From NCBI GenBank assembly GCA_045863855.1, contig BTVV01000001.1:1-64000 (forward strand): a stretch of 64,000 nucleotides of DNA, written 5' to 3'. The translations under genes were made by a program, and so were the position numbers. The stretch is from Planctomycetota bacterium. GTDB lineage: Bacteria > Planctomycetota > SZUA-567 > H5-PLA8. Of this stretch, positions 57,489 through 64,000 are shown piece after piece. Under the pieces are notes generated by a model, which made no database searches, was not told the origin of the DNA, and saw nothing but the letters and a program-made list of their open reading frames with translations. The number at the start of each line of letters is the position of its first letter. Within the stretch, counting starts at the first letter, position 1.

Positions 57489-59035
57489 TGCCAGGCATGC
57501 GAACGTCGTCGTTTCCGGGGCGGGTGGAAGACGCGTTACTGGATCTGGAGCTGTCGGCTCCCGCGAGCCTGGGCGCGGCGCGGGTGTTGCTGCGGCCGGC
57601 GCCGGGGTACGGCGGGCGGTGGTACGGCTTGTACGCGAACGCCCGGCTGGCGGCGGTGGTGTACGCGGCCGAGGGAGGCGCGGCGGAGGCGCTGCTCGCG
57701 TGGCCCGCGGAAGCGGAGGAACTGTGCGTGCACGCGGAAGACTTGGGCGGCTGGCCGGCCGGGTACGATCCGGAATTTACGGCTCGCGCGGCGGATGAAA
57801 TGAGCGCACCGGGATTGCGCCTGGAGTGGGCGGCGCAGCCGGAGGCGCTCTGGGGAAGCGAAGACGGCGGCCAGTTGAGCGGATGGTTAATTTCGGGGGC
57901 GAAACGGTTCAGCAATTCGGATCCGCTGGCGGGCTGGCCGACCCGGGCGAGCTGGGCGGTGGCGCTGGACGACGAGGACGGCGTTCGGCGCGTGCGGCTG
58001 TATGCGAGCGGGCGACTGGTGGCGGAAGGTTCTCGCGCAGGGGACGGCGCGGTGGAACTGGAGGCGCGGAACGAATCGGGATTGAGCGGGAGCGTGACGG
58101 TGGCGTACGAGGGCGGGGTGGCGCTGGGCGAGGCGAAGCTGATCGCGCGCTGGCCGGCGGCGTACGCGCTTCACTTCGCGCCGGGCGGATTGAGCTTTCC
58201 GCGCGCGGCGGAAGCGGAGGTATTCGACGACGGGCGGAGCGGGCGGTATCGGTTCGCGTCGGGGAAGCTGGCGGCGGGCATTTATACCGTCGCGGTGCGG
58301 CCTATTTCGGACACGGGCGCGGCGGCCGGTGAGCCGGAGACGCGGACGGTGGAGGTGTACGGTCCGCCGCAGGCGCCGGGTGCGGCGGCCTATGCGAGCG
58401 GGGATGCGGCGTCGACGACGGTGGCGTGGGTGCCTTCGGCGACGGCCGGCGCGACGTATCGCGTGTATGCGGGGGAGATCGGCGGGGCGCTCCGGATGTT
58501 GGAACCGCAAAGCGTAGCGGGGCCTCCGTACGAGGCGGCGCTACCGGCGGTGTCCGGATATCCGGGCCTGCGGCGAGTGCTGGTGCGCGCGGTGAAGGAC
58601 GGCGTGGAGGAATCGAACGGGCAGGTCTTGACGCTGGAGTATGCGGCCGATGGCCGCGTGGTAGCGAGCCGGCCGAACGCGGCCCGGATCGCCGAGGTGG
58701 CGGTGGAAGAGGGCATGACCGTGCGCGTGCGGGCGGTGTATCGAGCGAGCGGGGAACGCGCGGCGCCGGAGACGGCGGAGTTGTATCTGGCGGAAGGCGA
58801 GGCGGCCTTCGATTTCGAAGCTCCGGCGGCGAGCGAGCCTTGGGATGCGGAGCTGGCCGGGGTGCGCGGCGCGGAGTTGGCGGCGGTGGCTTCGGGCGCG
58901 GGATGGTATCGCGTGGCGGTGCGGGCAAGGTCGGCGGACGGGACGCCGGATGCCGGCGAGGCGTGGGAGCGTGTGTATGTATCGGCGAGCGAGCCGGCGG
59001 GAGTAGGGGAGTGGGAGGCTTGGGCGGGACGGTAG
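57488..59035 (+). CDS. FN3/Ig-like tail-associated protein
   Basis: YTVAVRP, VAWVPS...TYRVY, WYRVAVRARS. Confidence 0.55.
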   Translation: MPGMRTSSFPGRVEDALLDLELSAPASLGAARVLLRPAPGYGGRWYGLYANARLAAVVYAAEGGAAEALLAWPAEAEELCVHAEDLGGWPAGYDPEFTARAADEMSAPGLRLEWAAQPEALWGSEDGGQLSGWLISGAKRFSNSDPLAGWPTRASWAVALDDEDGVRRVRLYASGRLVAEGSRAGDGAVELEARNESGLSGSVTVAYEGGVALGEAKLIARWPAAYALHFAPGGLSFPRAAEAEVFDDGRSGRYRFASGKLAAGIYTVAVRPISDTGAAAGEPETRTVEVYGPPQAPGAAAYASGDAASTTVAWVPSATAGATYRVYAGEIGGALRMLEPQSVAGPPYEAALPAVSGYPGLRRVLVRAVKDGVEESNGQVLTLEYAADGRVVASRPNAARIAEVAVEEGMTVRVRAVYRASGERAAPETAELYLAEGEAAFDFEAPAASEPWDAELAGVRGAELAAVASGAGWYRVAVRARSADGTPDAGEAWERVYVSASEPAGVGEWEAWAGR

Positions 59036-59122
59036 CTAGGAATTAGAATTCAAAACCTGCCTTCGAAAAATCAAGGATGCGCGCCGAATATGCTTCTATT
59101 TGCGCTATTTTCGAGGCTGTAA

Positions 59123-59536
59123 TTAGGGCTCAATTTTGAGATCGCGGAGTCGCCAGCGTCCGTTTTTGGCGATCTGATACTGGATGGTGCAGTTGTAGAC
59201 GTGGCCTTCGATGGCTCGGCCGGCGCCGCCGAATAATGCATCTACGTCATGCACGGCAAAATGTTTCACGTCGCCCACCTTAAAGGGAGCCTTCTGTCCG
59301 TCGCCGAGTTCGACGAGCTGGGCGCTGACGCAGTAGCGCGGATCGGAATCGGTGGCGGTGAGGACTTTATCGGTGGAGCCGACGGGTTCGACGGCGAGGA
59401 GTTTGGCTTTGAAGCGGACGGCGTTTTCTTCGAGCAGCGGAAAGCCGGGGGCGCCTTGGTAGAGGTGCGTGGGTCGCTTTTGGCTGCAACCGGCCAGAAG
59501 CGCGAGCGGCAGCAGGATGGCGGCGATGCGTCGCAT
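59123..59536 (-). CDS. lipoprotein
   Basis: lipobox LLAG|C. Confidence 0.75.
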   Translation of the reverse strand: MRRIAAILLPLALLAGCSQKRPTHLYQGAPGFPLLEENAVRFKAKLLAVEPVGSTDKVLTATDSDPRYCVSAQLVELGDGQKAPFKVGDVKHFAVHDVDALFGGAGRAIEGHVYNCTIQYQIAKNGRWRLRDLKIEP

Positions 59537-59620
59537 CTTCGAACTCTCCGCGTGAAGCGCAGACTATACCTCAGGCGCCCTTAAAGCGGAGCGCGTTTTC
59601 GGGCACGCAGGAGGCGGACG

Positions 59621-61741
59621 ATGCCGGCGACGGCGGTGGTGGCGCTTGCGGAGCAGATCGACCGGCGCGCGGCGGTGTACGGCGTGCGTTTCGATCCGGG
59701 CGGTCGCGAGAGCGCCTTACGATTTGCGTTCGCGACGCGGGTGGTATTGCAAGCCGGAGCGCGGCCGGGGTACGCGGTGGCGGGGATTCCGCTGGGCGCT
59801 TGGGACGAGCGCGCGCCGGCGGTGGCGGGCGTGCGGGGCGGGCCGCTGTCGGGGTTGCGGCTGGGCACGCGGGCGCAGGCGTACGTGTACGCGGAGGGGC
59901 GAGCTTTCGCGCTGCTGACGGGAAGCGTGGTGAACGTGCGGCAGGATCTGGGCGCGGACGAGGCGGAGGTGACGATACTGGACGACCGCTGGCTGCTGGA
60001 GGGCGTGCCGGTGGCGGGGCAATTCAGGTACGATCCGCGCTCGGAATCGGCTGCGTACACGGAGCGCGGTCCGTGCCGATTCAATCCGGACGGGCAACCG
60101 AATTGCATCGATGCGCCGGGTGGGCCGCTATTCGCGCCTTGGCCGAATTTCGGCCGGGCCGACGGTTCGCCGGAGCCGTGGCCGGGGCAGGCGAAGAAGG
60201 AGGCTCGCGCGTGGCGGCACGCGGATATCGTGGCCTACTTTATTCGCACCCTGGCCACGGCGGAATTCGCGGGGCTGACGGCGGCGTATCCGTATTTTAC
60301 GCGCGTGGACGGGGATAAATTAAGGATACCGGAGACGCTGGGCGCGGCGCTTTTGGGCGATGCGGAGCACGCGGCGGAGGACGCTCGCGGGCGCGCGGGC
60401 TTCGGCGCGGCGGATCGCGAGGGATCGTCGTCGGCGCAGCGGGCGCCGGACTTGGCGCTGGAGGGCTGGGACTTGCTTTCGGCGCTGGACCGCGTGGTAT
60501 CGAGCGCGGGCGCGTACGCGCTGGATTGCGCGCCGGAGGATGCGGAGGGCATGCGGAGCGTGCTGCGGATCGTGCCGGCGCGGTACGTGGACGGCGCTCG
60601 GGACGGTTTGCGGATCGTCCGGCCGTCGGGCGGGACGCTGGCGACGCATGCGCGGGGGCCGAGCGCGAGCGGGGGCGCATTGGAGGAGGACGCGGGCGGG
60701 GTCTTCACGTGCGTGGCGGCGGCGGGGAGCGCGGCGGCGCTGGAGCGGCGGCTGGCGTTCGATCCGGAGGCGCCGGGCGGCGGCTTGCAGGCGGGCTGGA
60801 GCGCGGCGGAGGAAGACGCGTTCAAGGCGTATATCGCGGAGCATCCGGAGCATCCGAATTCGGCGGAAGCGTTTTTGGAGGCGGCGTGGCGCTGGCCGCG
60901 GGTCTTCGCGGCGTATCAGATCGATCCGAATTTCGACCTGCATGCGGGTACGAAATACGCGGGCGTGCCGCGCGCGACGGCGCATCCGCCGCTGCTTCCG
61001 TATCTCTTGAGCGGCGCTCACGAGGAGTCGCCCGGCGGCGCGAAGGGGCGGGCATTTCCGCTGCCGATCGCGGTGGAATTACGCAACGATGAGGAGGCAT
61101 GGCGGGCGCGGACGCAGTTGGACGGCTTGGAGACGGACGCGGACGGGACGCTGTGGCTGACGGGGCTGCGCGAGGCGGGCTTGCACGAAGCCGAGGCCGG
61201 AACATTCAAAGGCACTCCAAGCGAACCGGACGAACTGGCTCCGCGCGCGCTGCGGGTGACGCTCGCGGTGCAACTCGACAAGCGCGCGGTATCCGCGGCG
61301 GGCTTGGCGGGATCGGGGAGCGGAGACGTGGCGCTGGCCGATCCGAACGCGGAGGCGGCGGCGCTGGAGCCGGGTTTGGTTCGGACATACTGGGCCGACG
61401 CGGACGGCGCGTACGTGGAGCATTTGCGCGCGGGGAGCTGGCCGGTTCCGCAAAGCGTAGAGGGAGCGGAAGCGGCGGAAGACCGGGCGGCGGAAGGCTC
61501 GGAGCTGCGCGGGTGCGCCGAGCGCTTGCGCGCTCACGCCCAACGGCGGCTCGCGGAGCTGGCTCGTCCGCGCAAGACGGGGCGGCTGGTCTTTCCGGGC
61601 GCGGTACTGTGGTCGCCGGGGGCGGCGGTGGAGGCGTTGGCGAACGCGGGGAGCGAGCGCGGGGCGTATCCGGTGCGCGGGGTGGTGGCGAAGGTGATTC
61701 ATGAGTACGGGAGAGGGGAGACGGTGGTGGAGTTGGTGTAG
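59621..61741 (+). CDS. putative baseplate hub / tail protein
   Basis: 706 aa; VTILDDRWLL N-terminal motif and C-terminal V..VIH...TVVEL as in hub proteins. Confidence 0.5.
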   Translation: MPATAVVALAEQIDRRAAVYGVRFDPGGRESALRFAFATRVVLQAGARPGYAVAGIPLGAWDERAPAVAGVRGGPLSGLRLGTRAQAYVYAEGRAFALLTGSVVNVRQDLGADEAEVTILDDRWLLEGVPVAGQFRYDPRSESAAYTERGPCRFNPDGQPNCIDAPGGPLFAPWPNFGRADGSPEPWPGQAKKEARAWRHADIVAYFIRTLATAEFAGLTAAYPYFTRVDGDKLRIPETLGAALLGDAEHAAEDARGRAGFGAADREGSSSAQRAPDLALEGWDLLSALDRVVSSAGAYALDCAPEDAEGMRSVLRIVPARYVDGARDGLRIVRPSGGTLATHARGPSASGGALEEDAGGVFTCVAAAGSAAALERRLAFDPEAPGGGLQAGWSAAEEDAFKAYIAEHPEHPNSAEAFLEAAWRWPRVFAAYQIDPNFDLHAGTKYAGVPRATAHPPLLPYLLSGAHEESPGGAKGRAFPLPIAVELRNDEEAWRARTQLDGLETDADGTLWLTGLREAGLHEAEAGTFKGTPSEPDELAPRALRVTLAVQLDKRAVSAAGLAGSGSGDVALADPNAEAAALEPGLVRTYWADADGAYVEHLRAGSWPVPQSVEGAEAAEDRAAEGSELRGCAERLRAHAQRRLAELARPRKTGRLVFPGAVLWSPGAAVEALANAGSERGAYPVRGVVAKVIHEYGRGETVVELV

Positions 61742-62019
61742 GAGGGAGTTGGGCGAACAAGGTAAAGAGTAAGGGGCGTGAGGTGAGCGGTGAGCGGTGA
61801 ACGGGAAGGGCAAACGGCAAACGGAAATTTCGCCTCAAAAATATACTTCAAATTCAAGGGCACCCCCCATCCTGCCTTCCCCCACAGGGGGGGAAGGTTT
61901 CATCACGGCGCTGCGCGCCTTGAAGGGCAAGGGCTGCTTTGCGCTACGCGCCTCAAAGGTCAAGCGCGGCTTTGCGCTACGCGCTCTCTATGGATTCATT
62001 CCGTTCTGGAGGCTCTTTC

Positions 62020-62598
62020 GTGCACGCTCCGCTGGAGGATCTGACGACGCTGCGGAAACTCGCGCTGGGCGAGCGAACTCGAGCGCTGGCGGCGGGGCCG
62101 GCGGGGCGGACGCGGGTGCGGCCGGCGGGGGCGATGGGACAGCCGTACGACGTGCTGGCGATCGACTTCTACGACGGCGAAGCGCTGAGCGTCCAGCCGG
62201 TCCCGGGCGATACGGCATTCGCGTACGGGGCGGCGGTGGCGATCGATCCGGCTTGGGCGCTGGCTCCGTACTCGATCTTGTGGTGCGAAAGCCCGCCGCT
62301 GGAACTGGACGACGCGGCTTTGGGGGGATCGTTCTTGAGCTTCGTGGAGCTGACGCTGGATGACGCGAGCGTGGCGGCGTTGAATCCGTTGCGCGTGAAC
62401 GCCGAGGGCGGCGCGGTCTACGCGGAGCCGGGCTTTTTGAATCCGGTGGAGACGATCGGGCCGGCGCGGCGCATCGTGAACGCTCGGCGCGTCGTCCAGG
62501 CCGACGGCCCGGGGACGGCGACGGCGACGGTTTTTCCGGGGCTGGCGTTTATGGTTTTCTTTCGTTCGCGGGAGGGGCGGTTTCGGGAAGCGCCGTGA
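62020..62598 (+). CDS. hypothetical protein, last gene of cluster
   Basis: GGAGG RBS, GTG start. Confidence 0.55.
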   Translation: MHAPLEDLTTLRKLALGERTRALAAGPAGRTRVRPAGAMGQPYDVLAIDFYDGEALSVQPVPGDTAFAYGAAVAIDPAWALAPYSILWCESPPLELDDAALGGSFLSFVELTLDDASVAALNPLRVNAEGGAVYAEPGFLNPVETIGPARRIVNARRVVQADGPGTATATVFPGLAFMVFFRSREGRFREAP

Positions 62599-62631
62599 GT
62601 TTTGCCGTACCGGATTCAATGGGCGGGGCGG

Positions 62632-62659
62632 AGCGGAGCGGGGGGGCTCCGCTTTTTTT
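62632..62659 (+). terminator. intrinsic terminator closing the cluster
   Basis: GCGGAGC-GGGGGG-GCTCCGC followed by T7. Confidence 0.75.
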
Positions 62660-62742
62660 GTTTCGGGGTTGGGGGGCGGTCGATGCACGGCGATTGTTTG
62701 AAATGATCGAAAAGGCCGCCAGACTTCGCTTAAGTTTTTGGC

Positions 62743-63138
62743 ATGACTCCGGCGGTTGCGCTATGGCTGTTGCTGATCCTCGGCTTTTGCCTGATGGCCG
62801 TGTTCGTGTACGTCCTGTACCGCATCGGTAAAGCGCTGCTGGCGGAAGAGCAGACGTTTCTTTCCGAGATCGTTTTGGCGACGCTGTTCACGGGTTTGTG
62901 CACGGCCGTCGCGAGCAGAACGATCTACGCGTTCGCGGGCTTTAAGGACCCCCAGTACGTGGTGGTGCTCTTCATGAGCTTTTTCATGCTGAGCGTCCTG
63001 GCGAGTACGGCCTATGGGTTACATCGCATGAGCGGACAGAAGGTTTCGGGCGCTCGCGCCCGGATCGTGAACCTCCTCTTGATGTGGATCGTTACGTGCA
63101 GTCCGTGGTTCTTCATTTTGTATGCGGTATTTGGCTAA
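62743..63138 (+). CDS. 4-TM membrane protein
   Basis: hydrophobic segments. Confidence 0.7.
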   Translation: MTPAVALWLLLILGFCLMAVFVYVLYRIGKALLAEEQTFLSEIVLATLFTGLCTAVASRTIYAFAGFKDPQYVVVLFMSFFMLSVLASTAYGLHRMSGQKVSGARARIVNLLLMWIVTCSPWFFILYAVFG

Positions 63139-63220
63139 GGCTAGGGCGGGATGGGTTGCGGTTGCGGAGGGCCGGACCTAGGCGCGACTGATATGCGGCA
63201 TACGGTACAGGCATTCCTCG

Positions 63221-63463
63221 CACCCCTGCCGGGGTGCGCACGCGAAGGAGAGGCTGGGTTCCGGGGGTGGCGCGCGCTCACAAGCGCGCTTACCCCCGGC
63301 TCATGTCTTGTGCCGCTCCGCGGCGCGGGCCACGGCCACTGCCTTGAGCCGCTTTGCGGCACCCCTGCCGGGGTGCGTACGCGAAGGAGAGGCTGGGTTC
63401 CGGGGGTGGCGCGCGCTCACAAGCGCGCTTACCCCCGGCTCATGTCTTGTGCCGCTCCGCGGC
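63221..63463. repeat. tandem REP/REPIN-like units (139-nt period, 2 copies)
   Basis: CACCCCTGCCGGGGTGCG...CCGGGGGTGGCGCGCGCTCACAAGCGCGCTTACCCCCGG duplicated. Confidence 0.85.
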
Positions 63464-63568
63464 ACGGGCAACGGCTCCAGATTTGTGCCTTTCCGCGGCA
63501 CGGGCCACGGCTACAGATTTATGCCGCTTCGCGGTGCGAACCACGGCGAGCAGGTTCGAGGAGTGCGC

Positions 63569-63976
63569 TTAGAAAAAGGTATCCAGGTAGGCGGCGGCTT
63601 CGGGCGAGAGGCCGACGATTTTGTTCGTGGCTTGGCGGTAGAATTTGAAGTTGAGTTCCGTTTCGGGGCGGCCGTCGTTCCAGTTGGAGCAGGGTTTCAG
63701 TTCGGATCGGCCGAGGCGGCGCTTGGCGCGCGCGGTGCACTTCACGACGATGCTTACGCAAGGCGTCTGGCGTTCGACGCCCGGCCTTCTGGGGATGCTC
63801 TTGGCCGCGGTGACGACCCCGCGCGCGACGAGGCCCGGGCCGCCTTCGTTCTCGCTTGCGAAGAGAAAGATCCGGTCGCCGACGGCGATGCGTTTGCCGC
63901 CGTACATCGTTTTCTGTTTGGGGAACGCGAGCGATTTAGCTCGGGGATCGTCGATCCGGGTTTTGATGGCGTACAT
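63569..63976 (-). CDS. hypothetical protein (EVE/PUA-like)
   Basis: VGDRIFLFASENEGG.GLVARGVV. Confidence 0.6.
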   Translation of the reverse strand: MYAIKTRIDDPRAKSLAFPKQKTMYGGKRIAVGDRIFLFASENEGGPGLVARGVVTAAKSIPRRPGVERQTPCVSIVVKCTARAKRRLGRSELKPCSNWNDGRPETELNFKFYRQATNKIVGLSPEAAAYLDTFF

Positions 63977-64000
63977 GGGTTCGGATTCTCCGGAGACGAG

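Larger units (their letters stand above)
40340..62598 (+). mobile_element. phage-derived virion gene cluster (GTA-like or domesticated/defective prophage)
   Basis: terminase-portal-scaffold-capsid-tail order; no integrase or replication genes seen. Confidence 0.8.

Noticed and set aside
63221..63463. CRISPR array
   Set aside because: Only two long units with near-identical interiors, no unique spacers and no cas genes.

Overview
High-GC bacterial chromosomal window; a Planctomycetota origin is my inference from gene and repeat style, not a verified assignment. 1-23.6 kb holds metabolic and housekeeping genes: three tandem PhyH-type dioxygenases, GH88/105, ppk1, a P-type ATPase, VIT1, Fpg/Nei, FIST and a ManD/RspA-type dehydratase. 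23.67-28.18 kb (minus strand) is an array of 30 tRNA genes covering all 20 amino acids, many structurally non-canonical, with an HNH nuclease and a GNAT gene embedded. Directly upstream is the most striking feature: an unannotated 54-codon leader ORF (28590-28426) that contains all 20 amino acids and 40 different codons. Its stop codon lies inside a segment that can pair either with an upstream segment or with the 5' arm of a strong intrinsic terminator. This is trp-like 1:2/2:3/3:4 attenuator geometry, which could switch on a backup tRNA set when decoding fails. 28.8-40 kb holds sugar oxidoreductases, a Fic gene, ispH and a canonical tRNA-Leu(TAG). 40.3-62.6 kb is a phage-derived virion cluster (HTH, sigma-like, holin/spanin-like, terminase, portal, scaffold, capsid, tail-like genes). 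It has no visible integrase, replication or tape-measure genes and is interrupted by opposite-strand host genes, MITE/REP repeats and a small integron-cassette array, so it is GTA-like or a domesticated prophage. Start codons were picked by eye, and all product calls come from motif recognition, not database searches.
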